Source of the DNA: Leucoraja erinacea
Taxonomy: Eukaryota
Assembly: GCF_028641065.1 (NCBI RefSeq)
Contig: NC_073379.1
Span: forward strand, 75,640,001-75,704,000
DNA: 64,000 bases
Direction: 5' to 3'
The notes below the pieces were generated by a model. It made no database searches. It saw only the letters and a program-made list of their open reading frames with translations, and had not been told where the DNA came from. The position numbers and the translations under genes are program-made. Shown in pieces: positions 25,845 to 38,311 of the stretch (the stretch's first letter is position 1; each line of letters opens with the position of its first letter).

Positions 25845-28800
25845 GATCTTTTTGTTCAGAACTGCAGTAGATTTGGGAGGAACAGCAGCAGCAGATTAGC
25901 AAGAGATACGACTGATTGGCTCTAGCCCAAGTGGGAGGAGAGGGGTGAAAACAGTTGAAGTAAAGGCCAAGGCCAGGCAAGTCTTTGTTCAGAACTGCTG
26001 TAGATTTGGGAGGAACAGCAGCAGCAGCAGATTAGCAAGAGATACGACTGATTGGCTCTAGACCAAGTGGGAGGAGAGAAGTGAGTCAGTGTGGGAAAAC
26101 AGTTGAAAACTGAGGAATTTGCTTTGTAAATTGGTAAATCAGGCAATTTATCAGTCAATTTAAGCAAGACGGCTGTTAGCGAGCGGCAGTGAGTGAAGTG
26201 CCCTGTGAGAAAAGTGTGAGTCTTTGGCTCGAGAGTCTTTGGCGAGGAGGCCGAGGAGAGGAGACCAGGCAATACGCTTGAGAGGTAGAGACAAAAGAAG
26301 GAGATGTCAGGCAAGCTGATTCAGTGCAATGCTTGCAGTATGTGGGAGTTCAAGGACACCGCTGGTGCCTCTGGCTGCTACAAATGCGAAAAATGCATCC
26401 AGGTGGAGCTCCTGAAGGGCCGTGTTGGGGAACTGGAGAAGCAAGTGGACGACTTCCGGTTCGTAAGAGAAATGGAGTCGTTCCTCGACAAGTCCTACAG
26501 TACGATTGTTACACCTAAGGTACTGGAAGAGAGAAGGTGGGAGACAGTGAGAAAGGGAGGGAAGCATGGAATGCCGACGTCCCCGGGTGGTGTACCTCTT
26601 GTAAACAGGTTCATCCGCTTAGAATCTGTTGGGACAGAAGACGTGAGCGGCGGACTGGCTTGCGATGCGAATAGGGCTGTTGAGCCAAAACCAAAAAGGC
26701 CTAAGGCAGGCAAGGCCATTGTAGTGGGAGAATCCATTGTGAGAGGTACGGACAGGGGTTTCTGCGGCAACAGATGGGATGCGAGGATGGTGTGCTGCCT
26801 TCCCGGTGCCAGGATCCAGGATGTCACGGACAGAGTGCAGAAAATCCTCAAGGGCGAAGGTGAACATCCGGAAGTGGTAGTGCATGTCGGCACAAACGAT
26901 GTTGGAAAGAAGGGGATGAATATTCTGCAGCGTGACTTTAGAGAGCTCGGAAAAATGTTGAAAAGCAGGACCTCCAGCGTTGTTATCTCCGGTTTGCTTC
27001 CAGTTCCTCGTGCTGGCGAGAGCAGGAACAGGGAGATACGGGACCTGAACGTGTGGCTGGGGAACTGGTGCACGGGGCAGGGATTTAGATTCTTAGATCA
27101 CTGGGATCTGTTTTGGGGTAAGGGCGAACTGTACAAAAGGGACGGATTGCATCTTAACAGGTGTGGGAATAGCATTCTGGCAGGCAGGTTTGCCACTGCT
27201 ACACGGGTGGCTTTGAACTGAATAGGGGGGTGGGGTGTTGAATGGGATAGTGGAGGATGGAGTTAAAGGGAAAGGGTTTCTTAAATGTGTGAGCGTAGAG
27301 ACCGAGGGGTGTAAAATGAGGGTAGAAGCAATAGGTAGCAAGGTGAAAAGTAAAAGTGGCAGGCAGACAAAACCCGGGCAAAAATCAAAAAGGGCCACTT
27401 TTCAACATAATTGTATGGGGTAAGAGTGTTGTAAAAACAAGCCTGAAGGCTTTGTGTCTCAATGCAAGGAGCATTCGTAATAAGGTGGATGAGTTGAATG
27501 TGCAGATAGCTATTAATGACTATGATATAGTTGGGATCACGGAGACATGGCTCCAGGGTGACCGAGGCTGGGAGCTGAACATCCAGGGATATTCAATATT
27601 CAGGAGGGATAGAGAGAAAGGAAAAGGAGGTGGGGTAGCGTTACTGATTAGAGAGGAGATTAATGCAATGGAAAGGAAGGACATTAGTTTGGAGGATGTG
27701 GAATCGGTATGGGTAGAGCTGCGAAACACTAAGGGGCAGAAAACGCTGGTGGGTGTTGTGTACAGGCCACCTAACAGTAGTAGTGAAGCTGGAGATGGTA
27801 TCAAACAGGAAATTAGAAATGCGTGCGACAAAGGCAAAACAGGGGGTGACTTCAATCTACATATAGATTGGGTGAATCAAATTGGCAGGGGTGCTGAGGA
27901 AGAGGATTTCTTGGAATGTATGCAGGATAGTTATCTAAATCAACATGTAGAGGAACCAATGAGAGAGCAGGCTATTTAGACTGGGTATTGAGTAATGAGG
28001 AAGGGCTATTTAGCAATCTTGTTGTACGTGCCCCCTTGGGCAAGAGTGACCATAATATGATTGAGTTCTTCATTAGGATGGAGAGTGACATTGTTAATTC
28101 AGAAACAATGGTTCTGAACTTAAAGAAAGGTAACTTTGAGGGTATGAGACGTGAATTGGCCAAGATTGACTGGCAATTAATTCTAAAAGGGTTGATGGTG
28201 GATATGCAATGATACATTTACAATACATTTACAAAACAATACATTTAAAGACTGCATGGATAAACTACAAAAATTGTTCATCCCAGTTTGGCAAAAGAAT
28301 AAATCAGGGAAGGTAGTACATCCGTGGATAACGAGGGAAATCAGGGATAGTACTGGGAGAACTAGTACTGGGAGTACTGGGAGAGGACTGGGAGAAATTC
28401 AGAGACCAGCAGAGGAGGACAAAGGGCTTAATTAGGAAAGGAAAAATAGATTATGAAAGAAAACTGGCAGGGAACATAAAAACTGACTGCAAAAGTTTTT
28501 ATAGATATGTGAAAAGAAAAAGATTAATTAAAACAAATGTAGGTCCCTTGCAGTCAGAAACAGGTGAGTTGATCATGGGGAACAAGGATATGGCGGACCA
28601 ATTGAATAACTACTTTGGTTCCGTCTTCACTAAGGAAGACATAAATAATTTGCCGGAAATAGCAGGGGACCGCGGGTCAAAGGAGTTGGAGGAATTGAGT
28701 GAAATCCAGGTTAGCCGGGAAGTGGTGTTGGGTAAATTGAATGGATTAAAGGCCGATAAATCCCCAGGGCCAGATAGGCTGCATCTCAGAGTACTTAAGG

Positions 28801-31390
28801 AAGTAGCTGCCGAAATAGTGGATGCATTAGTAATAATCTTTCAAAACTCTTTAGATTCTGGAGTAGTTCCTGAGGATTGGCGGGTAGCAAACATAACCCC
28901 ACTTTTTAAGAAGGGAGGGAGAGAGAAAACGGGGAATTACAGCCCAGTTAGTCTAACATCGGTAGTGGGGAAACTGCTAGAGTCAGTTATTAAAGATGGG
29001 ATAGCAGCACATTTGGAAAGTGGTGAAATCATTGGACAAAGTCAGCATGGATTTACGAAAGGTAAATCATGTCTGACGAATCTTATAGAATTTTTCGAGG
29101 ATGTAACTAGTAGCATGGATAGGGGAGAACCAGTGGATGTGGTGTATCTGGACTTCCAGAAGGCTTTTGACAAGGTCCCACATAAGAGATTAGTATACAA
29201 ACTTAAAGCACACGGCATTGGGGGTTCAGTATTGATGTGGATAGAGAACTGGCTGGCAAACAGGAAGCAAAGAGTAGGAGTAAACGGGTCCTTTTCACAA
29301 TGGCAGGCAGTGACTAGTGGGGTACCGCAAGGCTCAGTGCTGGGACCCCAGCTATTTACAATATATATTAATGATCTGGATGAGGGAATTGAATGCAATA
29401 TCTCCAAGTTTGCGGATGACACTAAGCTGGGGGGCAGTGTTAGCTGTGAGGAGGATTCTAGGAGACTGCAAGGTGACTAGGATAGGCTGGGTGAGTGGGC
29501 AAATGTTTGGCAGATGCAGTATAATGTGGATAAATGTGAGGTTATCCATTTTGGTGGCAAAAACGGGAAGCAGACTATTATCTAAATGGTGGCCGATTGG
29601 GAAAGGGGGAGATGCAGCGAGACCTGGATGTCATGGTACACCAGTCATTGAAGGTAGGCATGCAGGTGCAGCAGGCAGTAAAGAAAGCGAATGGTATGTT
29701 AGCTTTCATTGCAAAAGGAATTGAGTATAGGAGCAGGGAGGTTCTACTGCAGATGTACAGGGTCTTGGTGAGACCACACCTGGAGTATTGCGTACAGTTT
29801 TTTGTCTCCAAATCTGCGGAAGGACATTCAGGAGGGATGGGATCTGTCTGTCTGGAAACTGCAAGACGTTTGTCATTTGCTCTTGTTGCTGACAGCAGAA
29901 TTTCCTGCTGTAAAATCATTTGGCCTGTATCTTTGTGTATCAAATGTTTTAAAATAAACTTCTCTGGGCTGACCAACGATGTTGGATAAGCTTTGAGGGT
30001 ATTTCGTATAGTGTATATATACATATTTATATTTTAGTTTGGTTTATAAAGCTATAGCACTATGTTGCTGCTGTCAGCACTAGCTGCAAAGCAATATGCC
30101 TACCAAGAGGAAAAACACAGGGTTTCAGATAAGATTGGCTGACCTGAATTGTATTGGTATTTTACCAGTGGTTTCCTAGAGGTTAATTAAAATTTGAACG
30201 CAATTTTTTTTTGTAGTTTAACTATTTAAGTTCTTAACAGATGTTCAAATATTTATCACCGACTTTCCCGTCCCATTTTATTTCACTGTTGTAGCAATGC
30301 CCGACCATGCCTTTATAGAATCATGACAGTTAAATATTTGTAGTTGTAGGTTGAATTAAAACAACTTCAACACTGCATCTTAGCAATATGCTCAAAACAA
30401 GGTGCTTCCATCCGACTCCTGCTTCCCTGTGATGCCATTTTGCATGCAGCTGCCTTTGTGTAGCTGCAGAATACTCTATATCATTATAATTTGAATGCCA
30501 AATAAAATTGTGAGTTTGGGTTTTGGTGGGCATTAGGTATTTAGGTAATTATGTAGTTAATATAGATTCTGCATGCTTTTTTTGTCAAGATCCAACGATT
30601 TGTAGTCTTTCCGAGGTGTGCTGTTCACATACTATGTTCTGCTATTTAGTAGCTTTATAGCACAATTATGTTATGTTAGAGGTTCCAAACTATATGTTGT
30701 CTGACTTATGACATGACATTGATTACAGAAATTCTTGACTAGTACAGGTGTCGGGTTATGGGGAGAAGGCAGGAGAATGGGATTAGTAGGGAGAAATAGA
30801 TCAGCCATGATTGAATGGCGGAGTAGACTTGATGGGACGAATGGCCTAATTATACTCCTATTCCATATGACCATTATTGCCATAGAGGGGGTGCAGAGAA
30901 GGTTCACCAAACTGATTCCTGGGATGTCAGGACTGTCTTATGTAGAAAGACTGGATAGACTTGGTTTATACTCTCTAGAATTTAGGAGATTGAGAGGGGA
31001 TCTTATAGAAACTTACAAAATTCTTAAGGGGTTGGACAGGCTAGATGCAGGAAGATTGTTCCCGATGTTGGGGAAGTCCAGGACAAGGGGTCACAGCTTA
31101 AGGATAAGGGGGAAATCCTTTAAAACCGAGATGAGAAGAATTTTTTTCACACAGAGAGTGGTGAGTCTCTGGAACTCTCTGCCACAGAGGGTAGTTGAGG
31201 CCAGTTCATTGGCTATATTTAAGAGGGAGTTAGATGTAGCCCTTGTGGCTAAGGGGATCAGGGGGTATGGAGAGAAGGCAGGTACGGGGGATACCGAGTT
31301 GGATGATCAGCCATGATCATATTGAATGGCGATGCAGGCTCGAAGGGCCGAATGGCCTACTCCTGCACCTATTTTCTATGTTTCTATGTT
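25845..31390 (+). mobile_element. Near full-length CR1 LINE: repeated 5' UTR, ORF1, APE+RT ORF2 with frameshifts, interrupted at 29829-30871, (ctatgttt)n tail
   Basis: APE motifs CLNARSIRNK, GITETW, GGGVAL, YRPP, GDFN, SDHN; RT motifs [15 protein letters not shown]; 3' end 30872-31390. Confidence 0.92.
26304..27221 (+). CDS. CR1 LINE ORF1p (N-terminal CxxC...CxxC zinc finger/leucine zipper plus SGNH esterase), intact 305 aa
   Basis: QCNACSM...CEKCIQVELLKGRVGELEKQV; VVGESIVR (G-D/E-S block), CLPGAR, HVGTND, DGLHLN. Confidence 0.92.
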   Translation: MSGKLIQCNACSMWEFKDTAGASGCYKCEKCIQVELLKGRVGELEKQVDDFRFVREMESFLDKSYSTIVTPKVLEERRWETVRKGGKHGMPTSPGGVPLVNRFIRLESVGTEDVSGGLACDANRAVEPKPKRPKAGKAIVVGESIVRGTDRGFCGNRWDARMVCCLPGARIQDVTDRVQKILKGEGEHPEVVVHVGTNDVGKKGMNILQRDFRELGKMLKSRTSSVVISGLLPVPRAGESRNREIRDLNVWLGNWCTGQGFRFLDHWDLFWGKGELYKRDGLHLNRCGNSILAGRFATATRVALN

Positions 31391-32700
31391 TGGTTCCAAC
31401 ACATTGAGGCCCAGTTTGAAATCCGGCAAATTGTTGCGCATTCCACTAAATACTTTAACGTGGCCGGCACGCTCAACCAAGAAACCACCACCCGATTGCT
31501 TCCTTACCTCCAAAATATACCTGCCGACCACAAGTACGAGGGCCTCAAGAAGCTGCTGCTGCGTATCTTTGGGCTCAGCCACCGCGATTGCACCGCCAGG
31601 ATCATGCACATGGACGGCCTCGGTGACCACAAGTCATCGATGCTGGTGAGTGAAATGGTTTAGCTGATGGACGGTCACCAGCCTTGTCTCCTCTTCGAGC
31701 AGGCTTACCTCGAGCAGATGCCTGACAGCATCCACCTGCTCCTCACCGGTATCGGCTTCACCGACCCTCTACAACTCGCCTAGCGGGCGGACAAGCTGCG
31801 GCTCACCAAGCAGCAGGTCGGTGCTTCCATTGGCCGGGTGTCTACACCACTGAGACGGCCTCGACGGTCCATTCCACCCTCTACCGACAATGCCACGTCG
31901 CAACCGACCGCTGTGGATCGCAGTACATTACTACCTGTTTCTACCGAATCCCTGTGGTGTTACTACCACCAATGCTGGGGTGCGGAGGCCCACCGATGGC
32001 GTTCTCCCTGCTCGCATCCGGGAAATGCTTTGGCCGATAGCCAGTAGAGGCTATCGCAGTTCGGCCAGAAACATCGCCTCTACGTCTCGGACTGCCATTC
32101 CGGGCTCAGATTCCTCGTGGACACGGGGGCCGATACAGCCCCTGTCCGAGGTCAACACCCATTCTGGTAAGCGAGGCCCCACCCTGACCACCATCAACGG
32201 CATTATGGGATTCGTACTGTTTCCCTTGTTTTCGGCTCCTGCCATTTCACGTGGCCGTTTACCATCATCGATGTCTCCCAACCATTGTTAGGCGCCGATT
32301 TCCTATGGGCCTACTCCCTATTGGTCGATGTCAAGGGCCAGCACCCCGTTCATCCCGAGATGCTCCAGCACGCATCACCGAGGCCCGCGGCCCCCTCCTG
32401 CCCACACCTCGGTTCAGTGTCTGACACGGACGATGCATATGCCCAAATTCTGGCCGAGTTCCCTGAGATCCTGAACCCCCAGTTTAAATCAGCCACCCCT
32501 AAACACGGTGTCGTTCACCACATCCTGCACATTTAGGATTTCAAGGCCCACTTGGACGGGGCTAAAAAAAATTCTAAAGTCGATCTGGTATGCAGGTATT
32601 AACAGATCCCCGTCCACCCCGATGATGTGCCTAGGACCGCTATCATTGCCCCTTTTGGCCAGTTTGAATGGTTGCGGAAGCCGTTTGGACTTAACTGAGC
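31390..32700 (+). mobile_element. Gypsy gag-protease-RT remnant (gag N-terminus at 25364-25445)
   Basis: WFQHIEAQFEIRQI...KYEGLKKLLL (gag), CYYHQCWGAEAHRWRSPC (degenerate Zn knuckle), FLVDTG (protease), LLGADFL, SKVDL...QIPVHPDDVPRTAIIAPFGQFEWLRKPFGL (RT). Many stops. Confidence 0.88.
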
Positions 32701-33098
32701 CATCCCTGAATGGCTGAAACGCTGGACCCGGAACATCACACTGTCCTGGAGCCTTCCTAGCTCCGCCCTAGCCTGCTCAACCTCTCCCTATAGCTCAGTT
32801 CCTCGAGTCTTGGCAATATCCCCGCAAACCTGAGCAATAAAATGTAGCAATAATAATGTAAGGTAATAAATATTAGAAATAATTGATATCGCACTTTAAT
32901 GCTGTTGAAGGTGAAAGAGGGATTTGCATTGTGTGCTGTGAAATGTTTCCTGACCACAAAATAATATACTTCTACAGTAATAAGGCAGTTACCAATATGT
33001 TTCAATGAGATGACCGACCTTAGGTTGTGAATTGTATTATTGCACTTTATATGTTCAGCTTCTTCTCCCTGAGCTGTTCTTTTATTACCTCTATCCAG

Positions 33099-33215
33099 GT
33101 ACCTTGATGTCAGTGGCTGTAAGAAGGTTACAGATACAGGAGTTCAGGCTATAGCTTTGAGCTGCCGCAAGTTGCAATATCTGGACCTTAGTTCCACGGG
33201 AACTGGCAAATATGG
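33099..33215 (+). CDS. LRR gene, visible coding exon 5
   Basis: ctctatccag|G; YLDVSGCKKVTDTGVQAIALSCRKLQYLDLSSTGTGKY, a classic LRR_CC unit; GG|gtgagt donor. Confidence 0.93.
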
Positions 33216-34960
33216 GTGAGTGCTGGTCAGGCTATGATCAGATTTCTTTCCCTCTTTTTCTTCTCCTTTGTTTAAGTGCAGTAGCCTGGAAATTAACGTG
33301 AGATATTTCCGTATGAAATGTTGATTTATGACATTTCAATGAAAATGTTGACGTTCATTTTAAATAGTTTAATTCTTACATCAAAATAGGAAACAAGGAC
33401 ATTCAGAATGAAGACATTTGGTATGTAAATTACAATGAACAGCACAATTCCCAGGCTTGTGAGAGCATGGAGAGTAATATAAGCAATGAGGATAGCCTTA
33501 TTCATAATTATAGTGAATGTGTAATATTTATAGTTCAGAATTACCATACGCGGACCGGGACAAAATGTTCTTATAATGGCACTCAGAGGAGAATGGTAAG
33601 AAGGTGTAAAGGAGATTTACCCTTTGTATTCAGAATATAATTGGGCATTAGGTTTCACTTATATAATGCAGTATCACACGTTCCATTCGGTGATTCATTA
33701 CTCTTCTTCTTGCCACTTTGCCATTCAGAACATTCTAATGCCAGCATGTTTTATAATCTGATTATACCAGCTGCTGGAGTACTAAACCTTTGTCCTACCT
33801 GGCTTATCAAAGCTGCGTTTGTCAACTGGGTGGGACATTACAATTTTACACATTGAGAATTAATAATTAGTATCAACAAATAGTCATGTCTGCAAACAGT
33901 TCAGTAGGGCAGGTCGTTCCATACTTCTCCATTGAAGTGAAGCACATAAGGGGTCTTACTTCATACCATCAAACATTCAAGACAACAAAAGTAGCAATCA
34001 CCAACTCGTGTGAATATCATCAGCCACATAATAGATCTATGCATACCTGTATATTCATCCCACTATAATGGCCCATCTCATGGAGGTGTGTGTCAATATC
34101 ATCACTCTGCACTCTGGACCCTGTTTTTCACTGTATATTGTGACTATTCTGGGCTCCTCCTTCATCTGTCTTGGACTTCGACATCAGTTCTGTTCAGTTT
34201 CAAAATAGCTATTCAACGTTCATGAGATTTTAGAGGGAGAGTGTTCATCTCACTACTCTATTATAACTGTAAACCACAACATCAAAATATTTTGAAGTGA
34301 CATTTCACACTTCAGACAGACAAAAGAATCGAGCCAGCTGTCAGTTTCCATTATATTTTTTCATGACTGCCATTTTTGTTCAGTCAGTACTGCCAATTAA
34401 ACTTCCTCAAATGTTTTGTAAACCTGGGGTAGTTCAGGTTAGTAGGTTTATGCCCATTCTTAAAGTTGCTCACCTCCTAAATTACAACACTTTAAGCTGG
34501 GCTCTAGGTGACCCAAGTTGCCTTGAGGTGGACCTTATTTAAAGCACAGAATGTTTGGGGAAACACTGATCTTTGGTGATCTCAATAAGGTTATTTCAAC
34601 GTAACCCACTTTATTTTCACAACTTTCACAAAGTCTTGCTGGCAATAATTCTTTTACTTGCGGAAACAGTTTGAGAATGATTCATAATAACAGAAGGAAA
34701 GACCCAAATAAAAATGCATTGGCAGGATATCCAGATCAAAAAGAAATGCTCCGAGAATTGAGAATGAATGAAGAGGCTTTGTTTCTGATTTCTGAGTTGC
34801 GTCAAGCAAAGAGTAGAGCTGTGATTACATTTTTACAGCTAACTATGCTTTGTGTGTGTGCAAAACATGGTTCAGACATGCAGAGTGCTTTACTCTTCTC
34901 ACTCCACTTTTGTGGAGCTAGTTACTGTAGTTGGGTGTGGTATAACGTGAAAGAGAGTAA

Positions 34961-35043
34961 TGGGGCTTTTTCACGGGGCGACTTGACGCAAGATGTGACC
35001 AGAGTGAAGTGGTCGTGGTCTAGCACGATATCATACGATATAA

Positions 35044-35081
<38 letters not shown>

Positions 35082-36283
35082 AGACAAAGAGTTCCCACGG
35101 TACTCGGCATTTCTGTTATTTGTGCGAGTGACTTGTCCGTCTCCCGAGCTTTCCCGTTAAATCTTGAATGAGCATTGTAAACTGTCAAGTGTAATTAAAT
35201 CATCACGTGGCACAAATGATGTCATAATTTATTTTATGGCTCTTAGAGACATGATTCCAACCTCAAACACAGAGGGTGTAAAAGCTGTCTGCGACTTTTT
35301 TACTTTGCAGCTGCAGGGCACAGACAGACTTATAAGAGAAGTTTAAGTTAACTGCAAAAACAGCACTTTTACATCTATAGCATTGTATGTTTTTAAATCT
35401 TGGATAACATTAAATGGTTCTCCCGGTGATGAACTGATATATCGTTATATATACTCACATGAGCACCCGGGGTACTCCGCAGCCTTCGTCTCCATCAGGT
35501 TCCGTTTTCTCTCACTGTTTCTATAATCCTCTCTGGATTTATCATAGAGAATCTCGTTAAATTGGTACCATTCTACAAGTTCCCCCTCTTGTTCCCTGGA
35601 GAAGTTATATGGCCTTACCTTCTGCCATCTTCCCTGTACATAAGCGTCTGTAGAGGCTATTCCTACAATGGCTACTGGGGAGGTAATCTGAAATCCACCT
35701 TGCTCACCCTCTCCCTGCTCCAAGGAGCCCACAGGCAGTGTTATCTCTGGCATCTCCTGTTGCCTCTCCACCTGTCTCTCTTGCTGCGTCTCCTCCTCAT
35801 TCTCCTGCATGGCAAAAGCCTTTCTGACACGCTTTACCCCCTTTCTTTGAGCTTTTCTGGGAGCCATCTCTGCGTGTTCCTGTTAAATAGATTCTCCAAC
35901 AATGACAATGAGGTGGGACGTCCTCGATGGACACATGTTCCATTGGCGACATTGAGAACACCTTTTTTACTCACCTTCTGTCCCCTTTGTCCAGCTTCCG
36001 GGTTCACCGTTCGCAGGAGTTCCCACGGTAACCGCAATAGTTACTACGGATATCGCACTGGCCACTACGTTCATAAAATGTTGCAATGCTCAACCACAAG
36101 TGTACAAGTCACTCTTGGAGAAATTCAAGCTTGCTTGAATTTTCTCCCGAGTACCCAAGTTACACGATTACCTGCCGTTAGTGCCACGGTGGTCCACGAA
36201 TGCCGGACTGTTATCGCACGAGGTTCCCACGATGTTAAACTCTGGTTACCTCTTGCGTCAAGTCGCCCCGTGAAAAAGGGGTT
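34961..36283 (-). mobile_element. Non-autonomous PIF/Harbinger element
   Basis: TIRs ctttttcacggggcgacttgacgcaaga / tcttgcgtcaagtcgccccgtgaaaaag, TAA on both sides, encodes a MADF-like exon. Confidence 0.85.
35459..35867 (-). CDS. First exon of a Harbinger MADF/Myb-SANT DNA-binding protein
   Basis: MAPRKAQRK (NLS-like)...FSREQEGELVEWYQFNEILYDKSREDYRNSERKRNLMETKA, matching the MADF N-terminal half; ends at a gtgagt donor. Confidence 0.7.
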
Positions 36284-36389
36284 TAAGACAATTTTTGTAA
36301 TCGGTTTGGAATAATGTTATTATACATTCTACTTAGTTTATCAACAGTTTTTAACATGTACAATTAGCACTAAATACTACTGGTCTGGT

Positions 36390-36760
36390 CATAGAAACAT
36401 AGAAACATAAAAATTAGGTGCAGGAGTAGGCCATTCGGCCCTTCGAGCTTGCACCGCCATTCAATATGATCATGGCTGATCATCCAACTCAGTATCCCGT
36501 ACCTGTCTTCTCTCCATACCCCCTGATCTCCTTAGCCACAAGGGCCACATCTAACTCCCTCTTAAATATAGCCAATGAACTGGCCTCAATTACCCTGGCA
36601 GAGAGTTCCAGAGATTCACCACTCTCTGTGTGAAAAAAGTTTTTCTCATCTCGGTTTTAAAGGATTTCCCCCTTATCCTTAAGCTGTGACCCCTTGTCCT
36701 GGACTTCCCCAATATCAGAAACAATCTTCCTGCATCTAGCCTGTCCAACCCCTTAAGACT
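36390..36760 (-). mobile_element. CR1 LINE 3' end
   Basis: (catagaaa)n tail and ggtgcaggagtaggccattcggccc UTR on the plus strand; ORF2 end on the minus strand. Confidence 0.88.
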
Positions 36761-37919
36761 TAATGTGTGAAATTAAAGCTCTTCTTCATACTGATCTGTA
36801 CTGTGAGAAAGACTCATTATACAACAGGAGGTTGAAAAAATTGATTTTCCACTGATAGATAGGAATTCGCCTTTCAACTGGGATTGTGAGTGGTGCCAAT
36901 GAGTTTTGACCATAAAATAGAGATCTTAGATTTTCTGGTGTCAGGAACAGAAAAAGGAGTACGAAAACACTTTAGCTTGAGAACTGCTTATTGTTTAGAT
37001 TAATTAAGTGGACTTTTATTTGCACTTTGGTCATGAGTGGTATCAAGGGTTATTGAAGACTTACAATTTGTGTTGCCAAGGACTGCTAGTAATTAAAAGG
37101 AATGCTTCAATAAAGCAAAATTTTCCTTGTCATTAATTAATAGATTAAATGCTTTTCTCAAACATATTGATTGGATCAGAACTATATGGTACTCAATTAG
37201 CATTTTGCATGGCATTAGTTGAATTTTAAAGGTGCTTTGTCCATCATCCTTTCTCGATTTGCACTCCTCATAAATGTATGCTTTCCTCAAAAGATGGCTC
37301 CCAAATTGAACCTATCTATTTCTTTGAATATACATTATTCTGGGGAAATTTCTATCACAGTGACAGTATTAATACCCTTGGTTTATGTAGGAGTTGATAC
37401 AATCGGTTTCCTTTATTTCCATGGTAGATTAGTAAGGTCTCTGGAGAAGCAATGTTAATTGTGGCATTGGTGACACAGTGATGATAATCCAACGTATTCA
37501 CTGGGGCATCCTTGTAAAGCAGCAAGACAACAGACAATAGGTGCAGGAGTAGGCCATTCGGTCCTTCAAGTCAGCACCGCCATTCAATGTGATCATGGCT
37601 GATCATCCACAATTAGTACACACAGTACCACAATCCACAATTGTTGGTGCCAGAATATAGTTTATAGTGTCTTATCAGCCCATTTATTTGTGGAAATTAG
37701 GAGTGGGCCCTGTGGTAAATCACAGATATGGCAGACTAGAATTCTTCAGCATAACTGATGTATTGTAGATGTATTTTATGTTTATAAAACACACTAGCAT
37801 CATTAGACTGTTCAAAGTTAACTGTTGAGAGCTCAGATGGTGACACGCCTGTCACACCAGGGTGAAAGCAGAATGGTGAAAGTGATGATTACATTCTGCT
37901 GCTTTTAAGGCAGTTACTT

Positions 37920-38090
37920 GGGATCAAGGATGACTGGTCTTCATTCCAGCTTTGAGGTGGCTGATGAGGCCAATGTGGGACATATAGATACTGCCACAGA
38001 TTGAACAGAGGTATTTAGCAGGGGAAGTGGCTGTTAGAACGTACACTCCTTCCATTGTACACCCTGGCCTCCTGCATGATGACTGAAGTT
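37920..38090 (-). mobile_element. RTE-like LINE 3' end
   Basis: YLCSICGSIYMSHIGLISHLK, a C-terminal CCHH-type motif typical of RTE elements. Confidence 0.6.
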
Positions 38091-38311
38091 GAAGGCCATA
38101 TAGGTTGAATAGTTTCTTGTTTGTTCTGTAGATTTGCTCCATTTCAGCGAGAAGCTTGTTGGAGGCTCGGTGCATAATTATGGCAAGACAGCATTCAGAG
38201 GAAAGCTAGGGTAAAGATGCAATCCTATTTGGCAGCATTTTCACAGAGATTGGATTAGTTTTGGACCTGTTAGTTAAGATCATAGCTAGCATGCTATGAA
38301 GAGGCATACAG

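Noticed and set aside
35562-36314. 250-aa plus-strand ORF
   Set aside because: Antisense shadow of the Harbinger MADF exon and subterminal region; no recognisable domain.
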